Shown here piece by piece: positions 13,861 through 34,600 of a stretch of DNA of 64,000 bases (the stretch's first letter is position 1; the number at the start of each line of letters is the position of its first letter). The notes beneath the pieces are model-generated. The model did not search any database, was not told the DNA's origin, and worked only from the letters and a program-made list of their open reading frames with translations. A program made the position numbers and the translations under genes. Source of the DNA: Ptychomitrium polyphyllum (taxonomy: Eukaryota); contig OZ316776.1 in assembly GCA_973851085.1 (NCBI GenBank), positions 5,456,001 through 5,520,000 on the forward strand, given 5' to 3'.

Positions 13861-16366
13861 CTCCTTCTCGACCTCCGGCGCGTTCGCAGTTCCTTTCACT
13901 TTCCACCCTGCTCTTCGGGGATTCGCCGAAACCCGTCGGTGCTTCCAAAAGCGTCATTCGCTACTAAAGGAGTATACTTAGCTTCAGAAACTCTATCACG
14001 GGGGTAGATGATGTTGAAACTTTGTCCTTATATTTATTACCGACTCTGCTACGCGTTTTCTAACTCTCATGAAGTTGTAATTATGTACGCGATGCGTAGA
14101 TGGTATCGGTTTTAGGGTACACTGACGCTTTTCGGTGTGCGCCCCTTGACCGTGGGGACATTGTAGTGTGTCCACATACATTGATGAAGTCCAACCTTTA
14201 ACCTTTGCATAAAACCCCCCCTTATGCAGAATCACAGAATGTACTTGCAAATGATTTTAGTGGAGTGGAAAAACCCAGTTGGAAAGTCTTTTTCAAACAC
14301 AGTAAATTGAAAAGGAATACCTCAAGAATTGCATCAATCCTCTTTTACACTTCTACATGATATTTGCTGTTAATTTTTCTTAAAGTTTCTATATTGAAGA
14401 GTTTCTTAAAGATGAGAATGTCACATCTCAATATTAACAGTGCTTATTTGTATACATTGAAGGGTCAATAATGCTACTAAGGGTGTATTTTATTAATAAC
14501 AATAAAGCACCTTCATTATTTCAAAGTTTTTTATGAAATTTTAATTTAGAATACTAGTTAATCTTATAAGGATTTAAATGATACATTTCTTTAGATTTTG
14601 TTTAATGCTTTACAAGTTGTAGGTGTATTTATTGTTTTATTTGTGGATTATGCAAAAATGTAATAGCAATACATTTGATGCCATAATTGATGACTTTATG
14701 CTAAAATTTTTAAATTTTATTTATCAATTCTAAAGAATATTTACATGGATGTAATAGAGATTGTTTAAATTTAAAAAAATCTTTTTTTTTTTCTCACATC
14801 CATCATTTGAAATTCCATTTGAACTTTAAAAAAGCCTTTATAATTTTGAAATCTTTCATTGACTTTATGATTTATGTTAATAGATATTTTTAAATTTTTT
14901 TATCTCTAAATTTTTATTTAGTATTACCAAAATCATATCAAAGTTTTTAATTTAATTAAAAATCATGGTTTTAAAGGCCAAGTTTGAAATGAAATTTGAA
15001 CTTACAACTCAAGTACAAGTTATATTAGTTAATTTGAAAATGCAATGATATCAAATAAACAAGTAATATTTTTTGAATACATAACATTAGACTTAGAGAT
15101 TAACAATTTGCCACAAAAATAGGAATAAATGTCATTAACAAACTTTGATAAATTGTAGCAATTAAAAATTATGAAACAAATATCATTTTATACTTGTATT
15201 TATCACTAATAAAGTTTTTTTTATGTATAATGATGAATATAAGGTGTGGCATGTAGTTTTAAAAAATGGTGTAAGTTTAAATAAGTGGAGTTTATTAATG
15301 GATAATGATATTTTAGGATTTATTACCATTATTTATGAAGGATTGAAATAATAACATCATTATTTATAATACTAATCACTATTGCAAGATTTAATCCCAA
15401 ATATTTTTGAAGCACTAGGCCTTTTAAAAATTGTATTTGTTGAAATAATTTGGGTACACAAAAATTTGGTTTTCAAAATGATGAAGCTCATTTTTGAATT
15501 AATTTTCTTTTAAATAAAGATTTAAAAAGAAATGAAATAAAAGTAAATGCTAAAATTAATCATTGTAAAACATTCTATATGCATCGTGTTAAATTATATA
15601 TAAGTGTATCTAATAAAATCATATTTTATCCCAAAAGTAATCATTTTGATATTTAATAATGTTTTCTTTTATCAAAGTTCTTTTTTTTATATTATTTATA
15701 AATTCACCTTGTTTGCTTCAAAAAATAAATGAATGGTTATAGGTTCTTATATTGGAGAATATACTCTAAGTAAATGGTTGGATTTTTATAACAACACATG
15801 CGTTTCAATCATAAATAAAAACAAGCTGAAGAATGCAACAAGATCATATACAAGAAACCAATAAAAACTGTAAATGGTTTTATTTGAATGCCAATAAAGA
15901 ATGTAATCTTTTCATCCAACATTAAAAGTCTTGAAATTTTTATTCATATTTTATGAAAATTTCAAATAGACTTCCAATGGTGGTCATTTCAAGCATTAAT
16001 TCTACACAAATAAAAAAAAAAATTGTTTACATTTTTGTACAAATAGAGATGCTGCTAATCCATAATGTTGTCATAGAATGCCATATTGATAAATTTGTTT
16101 GAAACCACATATGTAATCGTAAGGAAGAAGCTCTTATGCTAGACCATTTATTCCAAACCATTTACTCCCATTTACTCTTGACCTTTCTTAAACCTTTTCA
16201 CAAGTGGTAGATTACTTAAGCTCACCTTACAGCGGACAACACATCCAAAACGGAAGGAAGGTTGCAATGTTGCAATGGTGTCGGTGGTCAGGAATGGAAC
16301 CTTGACGGATTACAGTAGTCCGTCCTTAAATTTTAAAACGTGGAAAGAAAGGGACAGCCTAGACCG

Positions 16367-16406
16367 TCGGATCATCGGATCAGCGGATCATCGGATCGTC
16401 GGATCT
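16367..16406. repeat. Five tandem 8-bp units (tcggatca consensus), each containing GATC
   Basis: tcggatca tcggatca gcggatca tcggatcg tcggatct, bracketed by the inverted pair gcctaga/tctaggc. Confidence 0.85.
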
Positions 16407-16786
16407 AGGCAATGTAGTTGTAACTGCGCCAGGAAGGCACGTGGCAGCTGCAAACTGGAGGCCCATAATAGAGCTGCAAAAGTTGGTGAGTTTGAAGAAA
16501 AGGAAGCGGAAACAAGTTCGATCTGTGGCAGGCAAGGGAATGCGACCTGACTGCGGTCTCTCAGAAATGAATGCTTGGCGCTCGTCTCACCGGGCACCCG
16601 TGTGGCGAGGCTCACACAATGGAAGAAATCACCATCGCCGTCACCAGCGTAGTGCCACCAACACTGCGACCAACAGTGGACACCTTGCCTCGAAGTTACA
16701 ATCTATGCATCTTGCCTTGCTAAGTTGCTGGTGTAAGTTAGGATCCTTTGATCTGGAGTCTTGGCGATCAGGTTTAGGACCGCTCT

Positions 16787-16817
16787 GTACTGTACTGCGC
16801 TGTACTGTGTGGGTACT
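16787..16817. promoter_or_regulatory. Cluster of four GTACT motifs (candidate SBP/SPL sites) about 580 bp upstream of the LRR-RLK ATG
   Basis: GTACT at 16787, 16792, 16802 and 16813. Function is inferred only. Confidence 0.35.
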
Positions 16818-17392
16818 ATTGCACAATAGTGTTGCTCGCATTCAGGACACTGACTGTTTCTGGCCTGAAGGCTGAAACTTTCCCGTCACGTGTTCGACAT
16901 TGCTACAGTATCATCAGCTCCTCAAGTGGCCATTAAGACTGTACCACATGAGATCACTTGGATTGAACAGCTTGTGTCATAAGCCCACGCGAGTAGACTG
17001 CGTTTTGTGATCTGCTTTCCTAGGAGTACCGGACCAGAACAAGGTTTCTCTACTGGTGCTGTGGTTTTTTCCATCCTGAAAACATGATGTAGTTATTGGA
17101 CGAACCGGCGCCTCATCTCGATATTGATCACGTTTGAGCGAAAAGGATTGAAGAAATGATCACCTTAGATGGGAACGAAGGATGATTCTTAGTTGAATTC
17201 GCGAGACGTATCTATTTGGGACGGATGGTGGTCATGGCGTGTTTTGGTTTGTTATAACTGTGCTGCTGTTAGTAGTTGGGATTCTCGTCAGGGGTTTCAG
17301 ACGAGTTCAAGATGTTCATTGCGAGAGACTACTTGACAAGGCGTGCAAGCATGTTGTCCAGCTAGTTCTAGTCGTCACAGGTCGTATCTGCC

Positions 17393-24132
<6,740 letters not shown>

Positions 24133-25626
24133 AGCATGACCCCTGCACCTCAACTGCTTCAGTCCAGCGCCTGGCTACATACGCTCTAATACTGCTCATC
24201 ATGCACGTGCAATTCTCCAAGTGGAACGATGTTCGAGTACTGCTCATCGTGGTGCAGGGCAATCCAGCTAGAGAATGTTAAGTAGCCGCCCTCCGAATTC
24301 TAATCTCTCGTATGAAATAAGCGAGCTGCTTGCTTTGACTTTTTTAGTTGCAAGTTGACATCTCAAACCAAGCCTGCAAATGCTGTCACATTCGCATGCC
24401 TGACTTTGCCTCCTAAGTAGCAACCTATTGTACGTGAAGGCGTTGTGCTCACCTTACTGCATTAAGACGTCGTATATGAAATCGTATAGCACTGGAAGTA
24501 TGTACAGAATATCCAAGATTGTACACTCCGGTGGATTTCAATTTTGGCGTTTCGGTCGCTAAATGGGTTGGATGTCAAAATTCTGCTCTAAGACCTGACG
24601 GCAGGTTCAATATGTGATGGACAGTCTCCTGCAAGAAGTAAGCAAATCCCACATTCCACCGTTCTCAAGACCGCTTCTCACACTCATTACAACGGAATCT
24701 CCTCTGGCAAATTTTGCATATAACACCACTTATTTCTGAAAGTTATTTGGGCCAGATTTGGTGCATCCAAGATGAGAAGAGAAGAAGTTGAAGTGAAACC
24801 AATTTATCAACTTTGACATCTAATGTGGAAACCTTCAATGGTAGAATGTAGAAGTTGTACTGACGAATGATATGGTGGCAAATTTTCTGGATACTGAAGC
24901 AAATTTCTGTGTCAACATGTAACTCAAAGTTCAAGAAACTGATGTTAAAATTTAAATTGATTTTATGAAAAATTAATAAAAATATTACTGAAAAAATAAT
25001 AGAGGAGTTACTTTTATGAATGTTTTATGAATGTTTTAAGAAGTTATTTTATTAACGTACTAATTGAGTAATCTACTAGAATCAAATAATGTGAAGATTG
25101 GTGTAAACTCTCACATTAATGTTAATGGCAATAATTGGGGTTCTAGCATGACTGAAGTGTGAGTCCATTCTCCTTATAGATTACCATTTTCAAATCTTGA
25201 TTGCAATCACATTTTCTTACTCTGTAATCCAAAGCCTCTTGCTTACCAAAATTCTTTGTAGGACTCATAGATTGACCAGGTAAATCATTTCATAAACAAT
25301 GGGGAGATAAAAATGTAACACAACTTCGTGATAATGATGAATGTTTTAAAATAGGAATGCTACAACGTTGAGCAACGCAAGCTATCTCCACTATCCAACT
25401 GAGTAAATTCATGTTGAATGCACCAGCCGTTCCTCAACCTCACGATTCTTGCACTAACTTTGCGCTACAACCTACCACACTAATTCCGGCTGGGAGCTAT
25501 CTCATAATTATTTGAACTTCCGACCTTGCTATGATCAAATAGAACTGATCAGCGCAATAAAGCGCTAATTTCGTAGCCACTTCAACTGGCCTAATCTTGA
25601 GGCAATAACGGCTGTCAACAATGACC

Positions 25627-28600
25627 TCAATGTTTTGGAATCTCTATACTCGGTTCTGGTCCAACGGGAGTGGTCTCGATGACTACAGGAGTATCTTGAC
25701 TGAGACCTAATAGCACCAGAGATGACCTGCATGGATCAAATCAAAGCACACTTTAAAGGTATCGATGATGAACTTGCAAAGGAACAAGATGCTCCCAAGA
25801 CTGATTTACACCAGGCTTCACTTCTCAAATTCTTCTCTCTACGATTTAGAAGCCATACTAACACTTCAAGATTGTCAGTAAAGTTCAATATCTGAGCTTT
25901 ATAATTCTCCTTTAGAAATCAATCACAACAGTTAAAACTGTCAGCATGTAGTGATATGATGAAGATTTCCTCACCTTGGGACAGTTGGCCGGACACTAGG
26001 TTGATCAGCGTGAGCAGCAAGCGGCTCTTTCAAGCTAGGAAAACCCTTCAGTGCATCTTCCAGCTGAGCAGTAGGTAACTAAAAATCCCAAGTCAACTTG
26101 CATAGTCAGATATTGGACTGAGAAAATCTCGGATAAATCTAAAACCTAATCCTATATCACAAGAAACTGAAAATATCGATCTTCTTCAACATTCAGTGCT
26201 TATAAAGTGAAAATACGATAGTATAAGGGACACATTAAAACAATACTAAAGTAAAAATTGCTCGTAAGAGGAATTCGTTGTAGTAAATAAGGTGGTCAGG
26301 AAGCAACCTGGAGTAAGACATGAAAAGATTTTGGCATCGTCTGATGTGCGCACTTCAAAAAACCCATCCACAGCTTTGGCAATTTCCAAATCTGGCGAAA
26401 TACGTAGTAAGTATGGACTGGCTGAAGTTCCAGGAATAAATAAAGCATTAGACAGAAATCAAATTTAAAGGCAAAGAGTTGAGTTAAACAAAATACCTGC
26501 TTACTAACCAACCGAGACAATATCTCCATCACAAAGCTTTCCTGTATCACATAAAACTCTTGTTCACACAACCGTAAAGAATCTCTCTAACTCTATATGC
26601 GCTCTATCAGAAGCTGAAGAGGAGAAAAGGAATGTAACTAATCTTAATGTGCGCTGGATAGTAAAGCTCCACAGCTATTTATTAATGAAAAGCCTGAACA
26701 CTATGTACAACTACTTCTCATTATTCAAATATCTTTTCATAGGGCAGTATAGCAGACGATAAAAAAGAAACGCGTGAACATATGAAAAAGGTGGGTCTAG
26801 ACAGAAACCAGCGAGGGGAAAGAATTCACAGCTTGAATGACTGTCCGCATGAATAGCAATGGCAATGGTGTTTGTTCTACCTGTACGCCACTCCCATAAA
26901 TTGTCACAGTTAAGATTTGATTCAAAGCCAACAAGTCCTTCAAAGAACAAGAATTCAAAAAAATATATATATGTATGTATAAAAAGAACGTAGAATATAA
27001 TTTAGAATGTCAAAGCAGCATTTGAGCTTGTGGTAAAACAAAGAGCTTTATGTCTACAACTGCTATGAGATGCTAGAGATGCAATGACAAACATTACCAG
27101 CTGATTCAAAACCTTCGCTAGGACCTGCTGGGTGAAAACAGTGCGCTGTTGAAGGCAAGTGGAACAAGCATCCATGACCTGAAACTCCGAACATAGTCCA
27201 CGGTAAGCACTACTTTGACCCCGGTTTTTAAAGCAAAAGACAAGCTTCAACTGCAAAATCACATTACTAGTACATGACGATTAGGAATTCCAGGATCATT
27301 GGGATGTGTCAAAATAGAACGATACCTTCTTCAAAGGAACTGAGTCTTTATGTGGATCAATGCCATGCAGAGCAATCAAAACCTCGGCAGGAGTAAGGGC
27401 CGGACCAGTATGTGCTGAGCCCTGCAGATTTTACGCAGCTACATTGCTTCAACATGACTTGGAGGAGCAGAAGCAACCCAAGCTGACTGATTGATTCATT
27501 TACAACAAAACTGGACAAGAGCATGTCTGAGCAAAGTAACCAAATTACGGATATTACCTGTAAAATGCGGGCAAGGGCAGCCTGGAATTTCTCACTGCTC
27601 AAGTCTACCAAGCGAGGAAATATTGGAGTGACCTGCCATTGAAAATTACCATCCTTCAAAAACTAGCTATCCAGGTGTGTAACTGTGTTTAAAGGAGATA
27701 AGAATGAGGATGAAAATAGCACTTCTTCAAGCAACTACTCATCACAAAAAACTCATGTTCAAGAAAATGCAACCAAAAGTGAAAAGTACAAACGAGTGGA
27801 ATATAGAATGTATTAAGGACTACAGTATAAATGAGACCTCATCCTTGGACAACGAGGAAAGCACGGGTATAAGATAGGTTGCATCCTGTTCCAATACATA
27901 AAACACCCAAATCAGCTGCAGCCTAGTAGGTTGCTCGCATTAGATCCAGGTAGACCTGATTGCAGCAAAGATTACAATTCTGATTTCTTTCATTTATAAT
28001 AAAGCTCAAAATCGTTATGCATACAACCCTAGACAGCAAATTATTATCACAATTCCGAAGTGAATAGACATACCTGAGACTTGATATCATACAACGTCTT
28101 CACAGTGGCAATCAGTTCCTTGGACGGTTCAGTACCATCCGTCAAACTATGAAGTACCTGCCAGAGAAATAAAGTATGAAGTAAGATGGACATGAAGGAC
28201 AGGCAACCTGAAATCAGTACCTACAAGAGAGCAAAATTAGCATCTGCCGTATACTAATAGTGGACACCGGGCTTTCTCAAAACTACTGTGCCACAAATTG
28301 CGAAGTTGATTTTGCTTGGTTAAGTCCTAAGAGCTAATAATCATGAAATTCTTTACAACAACTCAAAGATTTACTCAAGATAAATTCGTAGTCTCAATAA
28401 CTAAACGTTATCTACGTAATCATTGAACTTAGTATAGTTACCTAAAGTATTTGTAGAGTTAAACTCAAAAATTTATTCGCAAAATGTGCATTCAAACCTG
28501 CAACAGAAGATTCTCGCTACCAGCTGGAGGATCAGCAATCAGTTGTAGAAGCTCCTGAGATGATGATCCAATAGTCCGGAATAATATCGGAATATGCCTG

Positions 28601-31600
28601 TGAACAGCCTGTAAAAATAGTCATCAAAATTCTCGTTCATGTTTTATTTTATCGTGTGCTCCTCACTATAACAACTGCGAAATAGTAAGAAGCGAAGTCA
28701 GAGGACTTTATGCAGCCAACAGTCGAGATTCAAAAATATTGCAGCAGTGAGACGGCAGAAAAGAACGCACTAAAATACCAACCCACCTGCTTCACCGCTT
28801 TTGGGGACCTGCCGTAGACCTGAAATAGCTGCCATAACAATGCATGTTTCTACTCACGTCCAAACAGAGATCATCAGTGAATCGGCCATGGTGTTAAGTC
28901 AAAGACTTATATTACAAAAGCTTATATCAAATCAAAACAGGACTTCCAAGTATTACGCAGACTTCAAATCCACCACTATATGATTATTGAATACATGACA
29001 TCTAAACTACAAGCTCACAAGATATGTTTGGACAAAAGTATGAAGAATGAAATTCAGATTACCCAACAGATAGTGATCTAAATATCAAGCTACTCAGTGC
29101 CTAAGACTATAATCTAATATAAATAGCAGATCAGGGAATAGGATGACACGCACCTTGGTACAGAGGGCGAAAAAAAGGGACATGCACCGTTGAGCTTCAG
29201 ACAATGATAAAACTTCACTAATTCTCGCAGTTGTAGTGGGTTGATGTCCTTCTTCATCCACCGTTACGTCCATGGGAGCAGCCCCATTACTTGTCCGTTG
29301 ATCCCCATTTGTCGATTCGGTTTTTCCACTATTGTCTTCCTCCACAGATTCCCTATCTACAGCGTCCCCTGACTGATGATTTACCACCGAAAGAAGGCTT
29401 GCAGTTGCAAACTCTTCAATGTTTTGAGCCACAAAATTGAGCGGATACAGTTTGTTGGCCACCTAAAGTAGTCGTAGGTTGTTAACATGACAAATTGCAA
29501 GAATGTATGGACTGATAAAACTTGCAAGCCACACCTTTCAGCGTTTATTGACAAATGCAGACTCTACAATTCAGATCATGATATCAATGCGTCTGCACGT
29601 TGTGAGTATTATAAGGTGGAAATCATAATAGACATAATGAACATACCAGTCGAATCGCTTTCGCCCGTGTGTCATCTGACTCGTGAACTGTACACTGCAG
29701 ACACAAGAATCAGTAAGAGAAATATCAGGATTAAAAATACACATTACATTCTGATATTAACAATCCAGCAAAAGTTCGAGAAAGGCGAAAAGGTTGAACC
29801 TTAAGAGCCATTTTTAAGCAGGTGTCTCGTATAGGTGGTCGTTGCAAGATCAGGCTCCACAAGGTAGTAAGACCTGCTGTAACGTGCTCACTCTTTGATG
29901 AGTCTGCTCCGCTTGCTGGATTACAAAGTTCTTCCACCAGCTTGAGTGTGGTCATTGGAACCACAGGGGCTTCACCCAAAAGTCGGCTAAGAGATTTATC
30001 ACCGGCTGAAATTTTGTCTCGTAAACCCTGTGCCTGTCAGCATGCAGAGTCAGCCATAGCTACATGTCAAGCTAAGTCAATTCAAGTTCGCTTATCAGGA
30101 AAAGCACTAATCACAGAAATGCAGAAGTAATTATCCAAGAAACTTAAGACTGTGGTAGTGATGTACGAAAAAGCATCCCATTCAAAGTAAGAACACAATC
30201 ACTTGGAACGAGAATAAGTAACGTAAACACACCAGTGAGAGTAAAAACTGGTCATACGCAGTTGAGGTAGACATTGGCTGGTCCACATCACTGCACGCAT
30301 GATCCGCAAAAAGTTGATAGAGTACGTGTAGCCCCAACTCGTGGCCCTGTGCCAAGCAAGATTAATCTTAGAAACGTGTACCCGATTTCATATCCACAAT
30401 TATTGTGCTTATGAAGCCTTGTGAAGCATGTACATAGCCAGCCATTCCATGTTCCTTATTTCTAATTGATTTGAGGACAACGAGGAAGCAGAAGGTGCAC
30501 ATGTTCCAAATGCTGTAAGGTTCGCCAAGTATCAAGTGTTACATCATAAAAACACTGTTTTATATATTATGCACAAGGAAACTATCAAGAACCTGCATAC
30601 TAACCTGGCATGCATGCACTTTCGTGTTTACAAAAATGTAGAAACATTCAATCTCAATGTAAAATACGGTTGTCTTCTCATGAAAGCTAGGCAGATTTCT
30701 TAGAAAAGAGTACATCTTCCCAATAAGTGACCTTCGCACCTTGTGAGCTTGGTAGTCTGCAAGAAGATGCTTTTGTAGAACCTTCAACGCTTCCGTATTT
30801 TCATATGACTGCATAACCACTAACAGCATCAGATTGAAGCACATAATAAATGAAGAACGGACGAACTCATAGCCTATTATAATATTGTATACCATCAAGT
30901 AGTAGGATGACTCATTTAAACTGGTCGAGCAACAAGTGCTCCGGCATAGTTTTGAAATCAAAGCACCAAAAGTACCTACTGACAGAGAGGACATCAGAAC
31001 TCAGAAAAAACCACAACATTAATAGACACAAATCAGGAGAAAGGAAACATTGGTCAGTACTACCTGGGCAACTAACCGAGCCAATAGGGCAATTCGAAGA
31101 TCTGCACCACCAGCTGCAGCTATAGTCTTATGGTTCTCCAATATCCGCACCACAGAAGCTGTACTAAGTGCTGCTTGTTGTTCTCCAGAGAGAGGTAGCA
31201 GAGTAATTACAGGTGAAGGCACTGCTACAGAAGAAAAATTTTGGTTCAAGATCAGGTAAGCAGATGAAATGTATAAGGCAACACAAATGCAAAAAATAGA
31301 TGCAAAGAATCCAACACCCATTTAGCACTTTCACGTTGGTATGGACCATTTGAGTTGATTAGCCAACATTGAAGTGGCGCCTTTAAGAACATTAGTGTAA
31401 GGACAAATGTGCAAGAATGGATGTGTGTTAAGATGTTAGCATTCTAATTAACAAATCTAATGAAGCAAACTTGTTTGTTGTATACGTGTAAATACACATG
31501 GTTAAACCAAAATACAAAGAGGCTATAGAACTGTTGTGTTAGGTGGCTTGATAAGTTATCTTGTCCAAGTGCATTTTGCAACAAGATGTTGTATTAGGCA

Positions 31601-34600
31601 AATGAGCCCGAGAGAATGTAACTAAAGTATTTGGAAACTTCTCACAATTTAGATTGAATCGTTCGGACAATGTGAGCAAAGAATAAACTACATAGAAACA
31701 ATCTGCAAAAAGTTCCCCTCGTGTGTTTACTTCCACTACCTACATGTAATTTACCCACTATAAACAAGAGACGAATAATCTCTAACACGATTGGTCAACT
31801 AAGACTACTCATTAACTTTCCTGCACTTTAACTCTTGGCAATTGTCCAGGCTAAAAACCCTTGCATCCAATTGAAATATGCAGAAATAATTTCTGTAAGT
31901 ACAGTTCTGCCATCACCAAACTCGTTTTCATCTTTAGATACAGTTTTCATCTATGATGGATAATTTGCCTAACCCTCTGGTAAGTTCACTGATAATAAAC
32001 CGTACGACCACATTAGTAAGATTACATTTATGGAAAATACGACCAGTAGATAGAGAATGTGTTCAAATAATGGTAGGTTCAATGTTCAATGGCAATGGCT
32101 TTCCGAAAATATGGCCGACCTAAAGAGTATAAGCAGTCTCGCATCAAGAGAGTCATGCCCTTGGTAGTTAGTGCAACACAGATACAGAAAAACCAGGCTC
32201 TGCGTACAGCTGTTACAATAAGATGAAGGATTCAGAGTATAAAATGAAGGCCCACACAAACATCCCCTTCAATAGAGATTACTATTTTGTCAAAGTTTAG
32301 TTATGGATTGAATAACTTGGATAATATAGAAGTAAGCATACCTTGAACAAGAGAGATTCCAGATTGAGGAGGCGGCGACAAAGGAAGAGCAGAATCGGAG
32401 TTGCCTAGATGTTCTGCTTCAATTGGCTCCTGTTTTACTTGGACAGAGAACGGACCGCCTGGTCTATGATTTGCCTGCAAATGGAAAGTAGCTCGAGGAT
32501 CTCTCAAATTCGTTGGTGCATTTGACGTGCTTTCTAGGTTCAATGCTGCTCCCGTCTGTGAATTTGCCCCACTTAGACCAATAGCAGGAACAACGTTCGT
32601 CTCCACTTCTAACTTCGGTGTCAGCAGAGTTGTTACACCCTCAGAGGGCCCTGCAGGTCGAGGTTCCATTCGCCGAGGATCCTGAAGTGCAAAGAAGTCA
32701 TCTACATAGTAAGTGTCTTGCATGCGAAAATCATACTAATCCTAAACACAATACTAGCACTTGAGGCACACCTGGCAGAAGACTTACATGCTTGTCGTGG
32801 TAAATAAAGCACATACTCTTGAATCAAAATGGAACAAATTTACAAACTCAAAACCTCAATATGCCACTCAAAAAATGGACTTCAACCTAAAAAGAACACA
32901 AGAACTATGCATGTTAATATACTTGATCGTAATGGAAATCGATTGCAATGGCTTTTTGGTCGAGTCAGTTAAATTCGAAAGAAATTCTCTGTGAAAATGC
33001 ATTTATCGCATGGACCCTGATTACAATGTCGACTATCACAGACCAGAGAACAAACGTGCATACCTTACGCAAATCCCGAGAAGGGTCCGCAGAAGATAGA
33101 TATGGCTGGAAGGCAGCTGCACTCTCCATTGGTGCAGTGGTCAATGGACTCACTGCAATTTCTGCAGGACTTGAGTGAAGAATAGTACCCTGACCCCAAT
33201 TTGCAGCAGGATTCACAATTGGATGAAATGGAGGAGGGGTGCTTGGAAGATGCACCATGTTGGCAATCACAATTTCAGCGAGCATATCAGGTGTTAAAGT
33301 ATCTATCAATATCTGGACAGAAGCAGCTCCTCTTTCACCTTGAGCTAATAATGTTGCAAATGCTGATATAAGGGGAGCTATGCTGTGGTCTCCAACAACA
33401 GCAGTATTTGCCATGACATTTCCAGATCCATTCGGAATGGCAGGAGTTGCTTCAATCTGAGCAGTATTGGGGACTGCATCATGTCGCAACCGTTTACCGG
33501 AAATGTCCTCAAAGTCAGTCGATTGCTGATTTCCGTTTTCTTGAGGGAAAGGTCTCTTCCGAAGGGTTAGGTCCACTGGTACAGGCGTGATAACTTGAAT
33601 TGTGGACACTTGAGATGTTGATATTTGTGGCAAAACCCGCTCCTGTAAGAACGAAGTTGCACAAAATAAATAAATGTAATTATGTGAGCCTAAAAGCGGA
33701 CGCAATAGGCTTAAGTTCACAGAAAATCATGTTAACCCTGTCACGCTGTAACACAAAAGCTCTGTCCTTCAGTAGTCAGTCAGGACAGTTTTGCAAACCT
33801 TCACAGAACCCCTAATGTCCTTTGCAGTACGACTTCGTTCTGCAACTCGCACGGCTCTCTCCAGTTGTCTAATGGTCTGATCGGCTGCATCCCCCATATT
33901 CATGGACCTCAAAGCTGCAACTAACCGATCTCGCCACTGCAAAATGCATTCCCGAGTCAAATCAATCACCCTTCACAGATCTTGCAAGTGCAAGTAATTT
34001 CAGTAAGAAAACTCAACATTGAAATCACAGAAATAACATTGGACTACCTCATTCTATCCCACCTGATGTTCATAATCCTAGAGGGTGCTAACTTCTATCT
34101 TTGATCCTAGTGGTGATTAAATCAGTTATGCCCAAGAAACATGTGAAATTTGGTTTTGGATTTTTAAAGCAATGAAACCTGCTAAATTATTAGCGTCCAA
34201 CAATCCAGGTTGCTTGTAACCATAGGAAATTATATTCAGCAGGGATAACCAAAGGACCAGAACCAAACCACAAAAATACAGCTGGTAAGAGATAACCCCA
34301 AATCGACGAAGTTAAAAGGTGAGAAAAAAGATATTGTGGTAACAAACCGGCAAAGCACCAGGCTGATTTGATTTCAGGAGACTGAGAAACGCGCTTTTCA
34401 GTTCGTGAACAACACTTGCAATTTGACTGCCCTGAATGGGCTCGCAATTTGGCGCTAGAGCTAATAACACAGGAAGAATCCTCCCAAACATAGATGGCCT
34501 TCTCTTTGCAATACCTGCCAAACTGCATCACAACCACACCTAAGAAGAATGAACGCTCTACAAGAAACATTTCAAACTCTTGATGGAAATTTAACACCTA

